A stretch of 64,000 nucleotides of DNA from Octopus sinensis (lineage: Eukaryota). Shown here in pieces: positions 23,573 to 36,904 of this stretch. The position numbers and the translations under genes were made by a program. The number at the start of each line of letters is the position of its first letter. Within the stretch, counting starts at the first letter, position 1. Where the stretch lies: NCBI RefSeq assembly GCF_006345805.1, contig NC_043002.1:55180001-55244000 (forward strand), written 5' to 3'. The notes beneath the pieces were generated by a model. It worked only from the letters and a program-made list of their open reading frames with translations. It searched no databases and was not told the DNA's origin.

Positions 23573-23752
23573 TGCGGCCATGCTGGGGCCAAGTTGTGGC
23601 CATGCTGGGACCAAGTTGTGGCCATGCTGGGGCCAAGTTGCAGCCATGCTGGGGCCAAGTTGCGGCCATGCTGGGGCCAAGTTGCGGCCATGCTGGGGCC
23701 AAGTTGCGGCCATGCTGCAGTCAAGCTGCAGCCATGCTGCGGCCAAGCTGCA
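23573..23752. repeat. 22-bp minisatellite (~8 units) expanded inside a SINE
   Basis: The unit ggccatgctggggccaagttgc has period 22 (23581, 23603, 23625, ...) and is embedded in the tail of a minus-strand family A SINE. Confidence 0.9.
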
Positions 23753-23931
23753 GCACCACTTTAAAGAATTTTTAGTCGACTGCATCAACCCCAGCACTTA
23801 TTTTATTTTTATAGCTTGGTACTTATTCTATGGGAATGTTTTGTCAAACCGCTTCGTACAGAGACGTAAACAAACCAATACTGGTTGTCAAGCGATGGTG
23901 GGAGACACTCACACAAGAAACACGAACATAC

Positions 23932-23993
<62 letters not shown>

Positions 23994-26900
23994 ATTAGCC
24001 CTGAAGATATTTTACATTTTATTCTGTAGGCTTGTAATTTGTATTGAGTGTGAATTGAAGCAATTGTAGGCCTTATTAAAAATGTTAAATTAATTTATAT
24101 CCATTAAATATCTCCATTTCCTAAATTATATATATTTGGTAGACAGGCTTCTTTCCGTTTCCGTCTACTAAATCCACTAACAGTTTTAGTCAGCCCGAGG
24201 CTATAGTAGAGGACACTTGTCCAAGGTTGGGAAAAAACTTACTATATAGCCACGTCTGTGCCTGGTTATATATAAAAAAACAAGCGAATATTTTGGTTGG
24301 GAGAATGAATGAATTCTATTTTCCATTCTAAAATGGCCACGTATGTGACTACCGGGCCAAATAGACATGAGGCTTACCTTTCTCTAAATCTAGACATAAT
24401 TCTGGTACAATTAATATTATGATGATTAGAGAACGACGAAGTGGCAGAATCGTTTGCACGCTGGCTAGGATGCTTAGCGGCATTTCGTCCTTCTTTACAT
24501 GCTGTGTTCAAATGCCACCAAGGCCGATTTTGCTTTTCCTCCATTTGGGGATCGATAAAATAAGTACCATTTGAGCACTGGGGTCGATGTAATAGACTTA
24601 CTCCTTCTCCCGAAATTGCTGGCCTTGTGCCAAAATTTGAAGCCAATATTTTGGTGATTAGAATTAATAAATTATAGATTCCTTGCGAAATAAATGTTCT
24701 TTGTTTAAGAAAATATTCTTTACTGGACATAGTTATAAATTAAAACTACTTGTTTACGAAATAAACGACCTTTGTGTTGAAGAACTAAATAATCTTTATA
24801 CTTGGTTATGTGACAGGTATGGAAGCAGTCCTGCAATGAACGAAAGCGACTCAGACTATATTTAGGCCAAAACAACTCATTAAAATTTGTAAAAGCTCGT
24901 CTTTAAGCAATTTTCTAATCTTGAAGTGGCGCAGATAAAAAGATGTTAATTTAGGAGATTACAGTATACTAAGACTGAGAAATTAATCAAAGACTGTAAG
25001 TCTCGAGCTTATTAGTCCATTACGTTGGAGCTGATCTCGGTTTCCGTAGCACTTGAACCAATCCCAATCAGTTGCCGCCGATTCGGCTCGAAGGAAGAGA
25101 GCAACATGAAACGGGCCCACGATACCTAAACCACGTGCCTTCGCAATATTGAAAATAACTGCGACAGCATTTTTCATTCATTTTCTAAATACACCCCCTC
25201 CCGCCAAAACAAAACAAAACAAAACAAAAAAATCAATGTATCTTGACGAATTCGGTCGACTCCTTTATGTAACAACTCATCTGTCGTAATGGCGTCAATT
25301 TGAATTATTTCAAGAAGTACAGCATCTCTATAAGTCTTACACAACACTTATATCTAAATAACTCTATTGTTCTTGAGACCAATGATCTCGTGCAATGAGG
25401 GATAATCCTCAGGGGCAAATACCTGTTAATCTGATAAATATTTGAGTTTTCCTATTTCACGAGTTTATTTCATTAATATTTCAGTTGTGAAAGAGAAAAT
25501 GCTTTTCAAAATATCACTAAAACTGCGTGTCTTTACTTAGACTTAAGTGCTCCGGCATTGGGTGACGCATGAGGCAGTCAAAGTACTCCAGCAGGTGCCC
25601 GCGACTGAAGGTGACCCACTCTATATTTTGTGGACCTCGTCAAGCAATCAACAGAGACAGCTCCACTTACAGTCTGCTTTCTAAATACAAAGGATTAGTA
25701 TCATGTACTCGGGGGAAAAAAAAACAAGTTACGAAAACAGAAATTAGGTATCATAGACTAATTAATTTGATACTTTTCGGTTTTACCCCTCCATTGTTAT
25801 ATGTTAATATAATATGAAGACAGAAGGATATTATTGCATGCAGGCCTTAACCTCACCTATGATTGGGGCGGGGTTAATGTAAAAGACAATGTAATGGGAG
25901 ATTGTGTGCGATTGCATGATAGAACGCTATTGGTGACAACAAAACCGCAGCTTCTATTACAGGAGATCGTGTTACGTTGAGTCAAGTCTACTGTTGCTAT
26001 AAACAGATTTTTCTTCTGCAATCAATAGCAACATTACTAAAGGGCTCAATAAATCACCATAATAATTGTTTTTATGTAGCGTAGTCAAAGTCAGACATAT
26101 TCAAGTGGGGATGTTGTCAGTAAAGTAGGTCTCATTTTATTACATCAAGCTTAGAAAGTAAAACAGACGACATAACCAGATGTCGTCTGCCGAGCTACCA
26201 ACCAGTAATTCTTTATCGTACAATCACAGCATAACAATACTGGCAAAATGTTATTTTTACCTGCAAACAACGGATGTTCTTTAAGTAGTTGTAGCTGTTC
26301 TCGTCAGGGTCTAATATAATATCTAGCTTGTAGTCGAGGGTTCGAATTGCTTCAATGGTGCTGTGGAGTCCACGACTAAGACAATTGTCAATTAACTCAG
26401 TTTTACCGAGCAGTAAATGATGGTATACCATCATAAATGAATGAAGATATCCACCTTCTGGGTGATGTCAACATGTAACAAGAAGTTTAACATCGAACGT
26501 TGTGTGCGCGCACGCATGCAGCTATGTCTGCTACTTTTAATGACGTTAATGTTGTTGTTTGTCCGTCTGTTTTCGAGGCCCGTTAAGCCTGAGTTTATTC
26601 TATGTTTCTGAGCTGTTTAAGTGTCGGAGAATACAGAAAATAACATCAGTTCGTCGCAGTATTGCCTTCTTTTTGCTTTTAATAAGGCCTTCTTTCTTGG
26701 TAATACTATAATATCCTTTCTTATCTGCGAAGAGGAAGTTAAGACCAATTTTTTTGAGATAAGTTCTTGTTCAATAAACTTTTTGAATACACACAAGACA
26801 CTTGGTAGGCCAAACGAACAAATACATTCTTTGTTTCTCATCTCGGTTTTCCTCAAACAACGTCAGTTACATTTGTTGTTGGAGATAAGTTTTTTTTAAG

Positions 26901-28300
26901 CTATTCATTTATGATGAAGGCAATGGATAGACAGAAGTGAGAAAGTGCATCGAACAAAATGTTAGTTGTGCCTTCCTCTTCAATTTTTAGTTTAAATCTC
27001 ATCGCGGTTAAGTTTGTAATTTCATCTTTTCGTAATCGATACAATAACAACCTCCATGCAATCACTGGCCCCTATCTTAAGAGTCGTCTACTCTCCTAAA
27101 ATGTAGCCCCCCCCAGGTAATTAACAATCAATACTTTATAGTGTAAAATTGGACGAATGTTTATCTCTTGGGGTGGGGGCAATCGATTATATGCGTTTAA
27201 AAAAAATTGAAACGGTGCCTTCTGTATAATTTCGGTTACAATGCTGAAGACAAAGTTAAGGAAAGAAGACAAAGAAATTTGTGGTAATCAGTATTTTCCA
27301 AGTGGAAGAATCCTGCCAACTGATGAAAATTTCATCTATTCAACGGATTTAATAGTTTTAATTTAGGCACGAGGTCAGCAATTTTAAGGGAGAGGTCAAG
27401 TCGATTACATCGATCCCAATGCTTGACAGGTACTTTATTTTACTGACCGCGCTTGAATGAAAAGCACGTTTGACCTCGGTGGGGCTTGATCTCAGAATAT
27501 AAAGCACAGGAAGAAATGTCGCGGAGCATTTTATCCGAAGTGCTAACCAGTCTGCCAGCTCGCCGCTTAACATACAAGGATAAATGGAGAGAACGCCCAG
27601 AGTTCGAGAGAATATATCGTCCCCGAACTCCAACAAAATGTATTGATTGCTACTTTTCTTTTGTTCACTCCCACGTAACACACACACACATATATATGTG
27701 TGTGTGTATATATACACATATATACATTCACACACACATTCACGCACGCACACACACACACTCGCGCGCACACACACATTCGCGCACTCACACGCACATA
27801 CACATTCACGCAAGCACCCACACACACATTCGCGCACGCAAACACACACACATTCGCGCATGCACACACACACACACATTCGCGCATGCACACACATTAG
27901 CGCGCACACATTGACACACATTGACACACACATTCACATTATATATAGTTCAAATCTACAGAAAACAAAAGACAAAGACAGATGAGGAAACAACAAGCAG
28001 GTGTGTTAGTTTAACGCTGAGGAAGACTGGGAAAGTCTTTGACGTTTCGACCCTGTGCTCTTGAACAGAAGGGAATAAGAAAGAAAAGTGGAGAGAGAAA
28101 CAGTGTGTAGAGATTAACGGTTCGATATGATGAAATGGCCGGGATTAACGGTTCAACATGAAATCACACACACACTCACTATATAATTATTCAGAAAGAC
28201 AAATTTCAAGGTCAATAATACTCATCAAAGCCGACAGATATCTAAACACAGAGGGTAAATATAAGCCATTATAAATATGGGAACATATATATATAAGATA

Positions 28301-29277
28301 GTGTAATTCCGCACCCAAACCAAAGTCGGATAAAGAATTGGATAAATACAGACAAATCAAAAAGTCTCAAGTTGATGAGATGGCAGTTCACAATAATCAA
28401 AAAGGCCTCAAACGAATGCAATAAATACGAAAGAATCTTACGGCCGTTTCTGGGAATGTGCGAAGAAATGTGCAGGTAAATTTTTTTCAGCTTCATTAAT
28501 TCACATTTCCTCCATTAAAGAGTATGCACGGAACCAGAATTTTAAATAAAATCATAAAATTAATCATGATATTGTAGGAATATGTTTAAGCAGTTGTAAT
28601 TATATACAAATATAAAAATTTCATAAATTCCAGGATTGCAGGTCATTGAACAAACGCTCAAAGTATACAACTCCTAAGAATATTACAAAACAAAAAAAAT
28701 TTATACTTTTAGAGCTAGTCCATGAAATATTTACGAATGTAACCTAGGACGATTTCAAAAATTGGTGAGGTAAAATCATTTAAAATGTATAGATTAATTA
28801 ATTATTATACTGAGAAAAATTTCAATACGGAGGTTTTTAATCTGAAGGGATTAGCTCTAAACGTATAAATTTCATAATTTTTTTTTGTAATATTCTTAGT
28901 AGTTGTATATTTTGAGCGTTTGTTCAACGACCTGAAATCCCGTAATTTATGAAATTTATATACTTGTATATAATTACAACAGGTTAAACATGTTCTGACA
29001 ATATCATGAATAATTTTATGATTTTATTAAAAATTCTGGATCCATGCGTTTTCTCTGATGAGGAAAATGTGGATAAATGAAGCTGAAAAATATTTACTTA
29101 CGCACTTCTTCGCACATTCCCAGAAACGGCCGTAAGAATCTTTCGTATTTATTGAATACATCTGAGGACGTCCCTTTAAGTTTATTGGGAACTGTCATCT
29201 CATCAGCTTGAGGCTTTTTGATTTGTCTGAATTTATCCAATTCTTTATCCGACTTTGGTTTGGGCGCGGAATTACAC
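28301..29277. mobile_element. Foldback element with ~420-bp terminal inverted arms (CA intron 1)
   Basis: Left arm gtgtaattccgcacccaaaccaaagtcgg... to ~28720 is the reverse complement of right arm ~28850-29277, with a ~125-bp spacer. No TSD recognised. Confidence 0.85.
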
Positions 29278-29699
29278 ACACACACACACTCTCCCTCTCC
29301 CCCCTTCTCTCTCTTGTGTCATGGCATACTCATGCCTTTGACGAATCATGGCTTATTCCTCCTCCATTTATTTCTGTCTCTCGCAACATCACCCAGATCC
29401 TTCTTGCTCTGCACATTCATTCTCTTCTTCATCCATTCGAACATCTTCATTCTCTGCCTTCCTCTTGCTCTCCTTCCCACCAACTCAGTCTCCACCATGT
29501 AACGCCCCATTCCTTCACTCTCTCTGAGAAAACGACCAACAAATCTCCACTCTCTCTCTCTCTCTGATAGTATCCATCAACTGTCTCTTCACTTGCATCT
29601 TCTTCAACACTTGCATCTTCTTCAACACTAGCATATTCTTCATTTGAGGACTCCCTTTATTGCCAAAGTTAAGTCTTAGAGCCACGGTTATTCCTTGTA

Positions 29700-30890
29700 G
29701 CCCTCTCAGGCATACCCTCAGCTGCTCAGATAGCCACCCTTACTAGCGATGCAGATGACACAAAAATCTCTCAGAGGATTCAGAAGCCTGGAAATATTGC
29801 GCATCTGCAATGAGAATTAGACGCAATATACCGGAAAATTCCAAGCCCTGTGCTACCAGCACACAAAGCTGAACGAAACGCAGATAGGATACACTCGCCC
29901 AGGAGGAATCTCAATCCCTGAATCAAAATCAGTGCGTGTCCTGGGCGTCGAAATGAGTATTGATGCATCTTTCCGGGTGCATAATATTAATTTGGCAATA
30001 AAATGCTTACGGCTAGCTGGATGGATCCTCCAAACTTTCCGAACGAGAAGCCATGATGGTCCTTTGGAGGGCGTATGTCCTCAGCGGCTTACACTACTGC
30101 TCCCGACTATGGTCACCTTACAGTATAAAATTAACGGCGGAATTCGAAGTAATCAAACGAAGCTGCATAAAGAAAATCCTCTCAATGCAACATGTCAGCC
30201 ACTGGGAAAAGCCGAAAAAGTGAAGACTCTACTCTGTAGAACGAAGACGGGAAAGATATGCAGTGATATACACCTGGAAAATTATGGAAGGACTTGTACT
30301 TAACTTTAGCATTGAAAGTTGATACAGGGTGGCCCAAAAATCACAAAGGAGTCTAAAATTTTAATAAATTTGTTCTAATTACACAAGATGTGATTTTTCA
30401 CACCTAACGTACATATATTTCCTATATACATTCTGTATAAGGTACTAAAAGTATTATAAATTTAAAATAAAACACAAATGAATTACTAACACTTTTGTGA
30501 CTTTTGGACTACCCTGTACAAACAACAAAACGGGGGGGGGGGCTGCTGCATAGTGCCAAAGATCCGAACATCACCATCAAAATACAGGACCAGATACTGC
30601 AACAGCTTGGGCTTCAAGGGCCCACAGCTCTTCAATATCCTTCCAAAATGCCTGAGAGACCAGCATGGTGTGGATGTAGGGATCTTCAAAACAAAACAGG
30701 ATCTCCTCCTGTCAAGGGTTCCAGACGAGCCTACCTCACGACAGGAAACACAAATGAGGGCAACAGCATCAAACTCCCTCATTCACCAAATGCCACATAC
30801 CAGAGGAGGTTTCAAATAATGAAGGTGTAGCAAAGCCAATAGTAGTGCTCCAGCATGACCGCAGCTTTCGAGCTGAAACTGGTTAAAGAG
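29700..30890 (+). mobile_element. Decayed CR1/L2-type LINE 3' fragment (CA intron 1)
   Basis: ADDTKIS, WILQTFRTR, RRRERYAVIY, GPQLFNILP. Interrupted by the 30325 MITE. 3' tail gtgctccagcatgaccgcag...ctgaaac. Confidence 0.88.
30325..30516. mobile_element. Tc1/mariner-type MITE nested in a LINE relic
   Basis: TIRs cagggtggcccaaaaatcacaaa / cagggtagtccaaaagtcacaaa, with a TA duplication on both sides. It interrupts the LINE reading frame. Confidence 0.85.
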
Positions 30891-30984
30891 TTATACCCCC
30901 ACCCATATATATATATATCTAGCATGGCCACAGTCAAATGACTGAAACAAGTAAAAGAATATATAAACTTCATATAATCGAGCC

Positions 30985-31080
30985 ATCCTTGGGCCTGAAG
31001 AGTAGCCTCCGGTATACGCCTCGCTTAGATATTTACCACTTCTGAGGTTCCGCTCGCTAAGAAACGTATGTAGTCCGGAT
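30985..31080 (+). ncRNA. Type I hammerhead variant with G10.1.A11.1 and extended stem II
   Basis: AUCC-UU-GGGC-CUGAAGA-G-UAGC[49 nt]GCUA-A-GAAA-C(GUAU)GU-A/GUCC-GGAU. Confidence 0.7.
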
Positions 31081-31664
31081 TTTTCCACCCCATTCCTTAG
31101 CTCTTGGATTCTTATTCGCACACCCGGCAACCCTGGGAAAAAAATCCACAACCTTCCACCCCAATAAACCACTATTGTTCTTGAAAGTCGTTCTTTTTTC
31201 TTTTCATATTTTCTACGGATCGCTTGAACCTCACTTTCTTCCTACACCTTGATCCTTGGATCTTACACACACACACACGTTCATTCCTGCCGGGATATAG
31301 AGAAATCGTTTCAATTGATTTTAGACACCACCACCACAAACAATTTATTCCTCAACAACAAATTTTCTCCCAGATTTCTAGATGAAGGAATTTGAAAGTG
31401 TCTTGAAAGAGGAAAAAGTCTGCAGGAAAACCTACCGAGAATCGAACTCACATTCAATCATTTCTTTCTCCTTATATAAGTGTGCGTGCGTGTGTGCATG
31501 TGCTGTTGCTGGTATGTGCATTATTACGCATTTATTATACACTGAACAAAGAACTGGCCAATCCTATCACAATACTTGCTCGTATTATACATTAAACACA
31601 TGGGCTACAAACATAATTACACACAGCAGAAGTAATAAAACAACAAAAACAAAATACTATTTAC

Positions 31665-31701
31665 CATTATCGTCTCTGTAGCCCCAAGTACCAGCACACA
31701 T
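31665..31701 (-). CDS. CA: Alpha-carbonic anhydrase, coding exon 1 (MCAGTWGYRDDN-G)
   Basis: ATG TGT GCT GGT ACT TGG GGC TAC AGA GAC GAT AAT G|GTAAAT. The WGY motif matches W5-G6-Y7 of cytosolic alpha-CAs. The phase-1 donor joins exon 2 to give NGPSVW. Confidence 0.9.
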
Positions 31702-31813
31702 GTTTCGCAGGTTTACGGTTGGTTCTAGGAGCGGCTGTAATATGTACTTTGGTGAAGAAAGTCTTCTGTTAATAAGAGAAACCGCCGAGAGAGTTTGCTG
31801 CGCTGTTGCTGAT

Positions 31814-31932
31814 TTTTATAATGATTCAACTGACTGACACTTTGCTGTATGGTGCTGAAATAAGATCAGAGAGAGACAAAAATACGCAAGTGAGTTTATA
31901 AGTAGGCGAGCTGAACCAGATTGGGTGGGGGT
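31814..31932 (-). promoter_or_regulatory. Candidate CA core promoter: TATAAAA (31814-31820), TCAGT initiator-like motifs (~31827-31837), CCAAT/CACCC box (31920-31932)
   Basis: The motifs lie 113-230 bp upstream of the CA ATG on the coding strand. Motif matches only; the transcription start site is not known. Confidence 0.4.
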
Positions 31933-32048
31933 TTGCCTGTCAACATTTTGTGGGCGTGATGCTTATATCTGTAGTTTCGTTTGTTCGTTGTTAGACCAAC
32001 AGCGAAACAAAAAAGAAAACAAATCACAAGGAAACAACCTAAAAACAG

Positions 32049-32088
<40 letters not shown>

Positions 32089-33862
32089 ATAGCTATTACA
32101 TATGCATAGTAAGTGCCATCTGTTTATAAATGCACACTAGCATGAACGTTTTATAAAGTGAATGCACCGATTTACCGAAAGCGATGCTAAAAACAGCATC
32201 TTTGCAACGGAAGCCGGTTTTCGATTCTGAAATAAACCTCCCACTTTAGCAAACAGCAGCAACAAAACTCATGACCGTCAGTACTTCCAATTTCTCTACC
32301 TCGGTGCACATATAAGGTCTGTGTTTGTTTCCAGAGATGATTTTGGACAGGATAAGAAGGCGACGAACTGATAGAATCGTCTGTGGGTCGGGCGAAATGC
32401 TTGGCTGGGATTTCTTCCAACTGCTTACGTTCTGAGTTCCAATCCCGCCGAGGTCATCTTCGCGTTTCCTCCTTTCGGGGTCCTTAAAATGAGTACCAGT
32501 TGAGCATTGCAATCGAGGTAATTGAGTAGCTTCCCAATTCCACTAAAATTGCTGGCCTTGTGCCAAACTTTGAAACCATTCTATTGAGGAACCCAAGGCG
32601 AAAGATCTAGCGAGAGAAATAAGCATAATATGAGCGGAATCTGCATTCTGGTTTCACTACCAACCCGGAGCTATTCCACTTTATTTTACTTTACTTCAGT
32701 TGCTGTTAGCAACTTGAGAAATGAACAAACACCTTACAGCCCCATTCTCCATTCTCATGCATTTTTTTTTCTAAGAAATTATATTTCCAAAGGAATCCGG
32801 TTCCAGTCTATTAGCTAAGATGTGCTGAAGCTGGTTAATTGGGAATCCTCAGTTCGAATCTCCCCGTAGGAACAACATGGCGTGAGATGTGTTCCTCCCA
32901 AGATACGCCCAGAATATGTTACACGAAGTCCAATGATGAGGAAACGACCCAACTCGAATCTGAATTTCACGATATGGTTTCAATTCCTGCTTGAAAACAC
33001 TTTGTCTACATCCCTATTACTCTTAGAGAAAGCCAGATGTATCAACATTCCTAAAATCGAGTCTTTGAAACCAGTTATGTGTGTGTGTGAATGAGGGGAG
33101 ACTGAGATAAAAGACAGACAATTATGTAATCTTCATCCTTTTTTTCTCAAAGACATTAAGTAACCTTCAAGGATATGAAAATGAAATAATTTCAAATTCG
33201 ATTTGATATTACAACCTCATGCATTGAAATTACAATCGTACCACCGTTTGGGTAACTTGGTAACTGCCATGATAAGAATTCTAAGATGGTTATTTTGTTG
33301 AAGAATTCTAAGATGGTTTTTGTTGCTTTTCTTCAGTGATTTTTAGAAAACGCCTTCTTCTCAACTAAATACAGACAACTCTTGCCATGCCAAAGGGAAT
33401 TGGAACGTAAAGAATCAGAGCAAATATAGCAAAGAATTTGGTCCAATTCCCGAATAATTCTGCCAGTTCACTGCCTGCAATAGTTATTTATTTTATCGAC
33501 CTCAGAAGAACGAACCGCAAACTTCGCTACGCCGGGATTTGAACTCAAACCGCAAAGAACCGGTCAAAGATAACGGGACGTTCTATTGTTTCTGTCATTT
33601 CACCTTTCATTAAATACCGATTAAACCTGGTATTCTGGAGTGGCAGGAGATGAAAGATTATGTCACAATCATGCCTTTTACGAGAGTTTAGTTATGAAAT
33701 AGGAACTAGCAGAACCCGAAACCGGTTTCGATTCAACACCTGCCCGCGTCCATTTCTACTGTCCATACACATCAGGCCAGAGTAACTTAGATAGAAGTGT
33801 GATGCGGGTGACTACTTAACACAACAGCGCCCCACAACGAGCGATTACTGTAAACATAGATG

Positions 33863-33895
<33 letters not shown>

Positions 33896-35178
33896 TATCA
33901 TTATCATCATCATTATCATCGTCGTTGTCGTCGTCATCATCATTTAGCGTGCGTTCTCCATGCTGACATGGGTAGGACGGTTTGGCAGAAGCTGGCCAGT
34001 GGAGAGCTGCTCGTGTTCCATCTGTCTATTTTTGGAATGGTTTCTATGGCTGGATACCCTTCTTAACGACGCCAACCACTTTACAGAGGGTACTGGGCGC
34101 TTTTACGAGAAACCGTTACGGGTGCTTTATGTGGCATCAACTCTAGAATCCGTCGGCTGAGAGAGGAATATAGACGACATGGTTGTATACAAGAACAGCC
34201 ACGATTTTATTTATCTTAATTATTTTCTCAAGCACAGTAAACCGTCAGAAGTCTCTCTAAGATCATTAAGAAACGTAAGTAAAATGTTTTCGACCGAGAA
34301 TCGAAACCGGGCCAACCAACATCATACCTTTGACACCATAGTGTCCACCAAACTTGACAACGTCACCAGCATCTTAATTTTTGTTGTTGTTGCTTGGTTA
34401 ACAGGTCAAATTCATAAAGAGTGGGATTATAATCAGACGTTTTAATGTCAAGCAGATAGTGTATGTCAGCTGATGCGTGTGGGAAGGGAATGATGGGGAC
34501 TTCCCCTCCCCCTGGCTGTGACACAGTAAATGTCACAGAGGCATTTACAAATACAGCTTGGTCCAGTTTTACGAAGATTTCGATCGCTGGCATCAACATT
34601 ACATTCCTCAAACTTCCGGTATTATTTCAAGACAGACGATTTATGATTTGGACTTTGTAAGATATGCATAACAACTAACATTACACACACACATATACAT
34701 ACACACACACACACAGACACACACACACGCGCGTGTGTGTGTGTATATGTATATATATGTATATATATATATAAAATTATTTATTCTTTCACTTGTTTCA
34801 GTCATTTGACTGCGGCCATGCTAGAGCATCGGCTTTAGTCGAACAAATCGACCCCTGGACTTATTCTTCGTAAGCCTAGTACTTATTCTATCGGTCTCTT
34901 TTGCCGGATCATTGAGTTACAGGGACGTAAACGCACCAACATCGGTTGTCAAGCGATGGTGGGGGACAAACACACATACAAATATATATGGGCTTCTATC
35001 AGTTTCCGCCTGCCAAATCCATTCACAAGGCTTTGGTTGACCCAAGGCTATAATAGAAGACACTTGTTCAAGTTGCCACGCACTGGGACTGAACCTAGAA
35101 CCATGTGGTTGGGAAGCCAGCTTCTTACTACACAGTCACTCTTGCGCGCGCGCACACACACACACATACACACATACA

Positions 35179-35780
<602 letters not shown>

Positions 35781-36120
35781 CTCTTAACTCAGTATGACCG
35801 AACTTTGGTGATCCACATTTCTTATCGCTCACTTCTAACACGATTAAATTTTGTGCATTTAAACAAGACGATCCACGTTTTTTATATGTTGTGAACATTT
35901 AAATCATATTTGATATTGGTGAATCTTGTAAACATTGAATCTTTTAAACCTGTTTTTCTACCTCGCTATTTTAAATTTTTACTATTGATCAACACAAAAT
36001 ATTGTTGAAACTAGTTTGGTTGTGTAAATAAATTTATCTAAAAACAATTACAATTTTTTAAAAATTCAGGTACATTTCCAACAACAAATTTCTCTATATT
36101 TGTTCCATCCTCTTCTGTTA

Positions 36121-36209
<89 letters not shown>

Positions 36210-36262
36210 ATCTATCTGTCTATCTATCTATCTATACACACACACACACACACACACACACA

Positions 36263-36293
<31 letters not shown>

Positions 36294-36448
36294 ACTGCCA
36301 ACCAAGTGTAGCGTCCTTTACAGGACAGTGTCACTGACGTTTATATCCCCAGGAAGACATCTCTTCCATCTGGCTAACGACACACATTCTGTGTCCGATT
36401 AGTATTTGCCAGGGGAGGTCATCGCTCCCATCCCTAGCCATACGTGAT

Positions 36449-36495
36449 ACACACGAACTCGAGTTTCTGGATGGTTCCCCGTCCTCAGCGTGTGT
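36449..36495 (-). ncRNA. Type I hammerhead-like motif with C.A at the stem II base
   Basis: ACACACG-CUGAGGA-C-GG...CC-A-GAAA-CUCGAGU-U/CGUGUGU: perfect 7-bp stem I and palindromic stem III ACUCGAGU. Confidence 0.6.
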
Positions 36496-36611
36496 TAATC
36501 ACCAGCTAGTGATGAAAACTCACTACACTCGCAAATTACTATATGCTTTTTCCATTTAGTATTTTGCGAGTGGAGCAAAGGAAGAGAAAATGTGAAGGAA
36601 AGAAGGAAGGA

Positions 36612-36650
<39 letters not shown>

Positions 36651-36904
36651 GGAACGAGAGAGAGGGGATGAGGGAGATGGAATGAGAGAGTGAATGTAAT
36701 GCGATGATATTGTCAGATGATGATTCAATAACGGCAGAGAAGTCAAGGTTTTATTAGAAATAAAGCTTGATATAACCCAGTGATTATCAACTGGGGTTCA
36801 CATGATCCTTAAGGGCCCACATGACTGTCGGGGGTCTACTTGACCGTTGAGGGTCCATATAAGATTTTGGTGTTAAAATTTATCTGCTATAAATTGGTTA
36901 TATA

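Noticed and set aside
23573-23752. CRISPR-like periodic repeat
   Set aside because: Contiguous tandem units without unique spacers, in a eukaryotic SINE context.
24983-25177. ORF with DWDW motif considered as a signal-peptide exon for CA
   Set aside because: No suitable donor and no WGY motif.
25855-25875. CCAAT/GC-box cluster gattggggcgggg
   Set aside because: An isolated motif with no associated exon or start site.
26213-26460. Protein-like minus-strand ORF (MMVYHHLLLGKTELIDNCLSRG...NIRCLQ) with a CAG|GTAAAA donor-like site
   Set aside because: No recognisable family, a weak acceptor, and a phase-0 donor incompatible with CA exon 2. The true CA exon 1 is at 31665-31701. It could be a TE relic; a BLASTP search would settle it.
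31711-31889. Plus-strand exon-like segment antisense to the CA 5' UTR (cag|...|gtgagt)
   Set aside because: It contains stops in the plausible frames and has no partner exons. It overlaps the CA promoter region.
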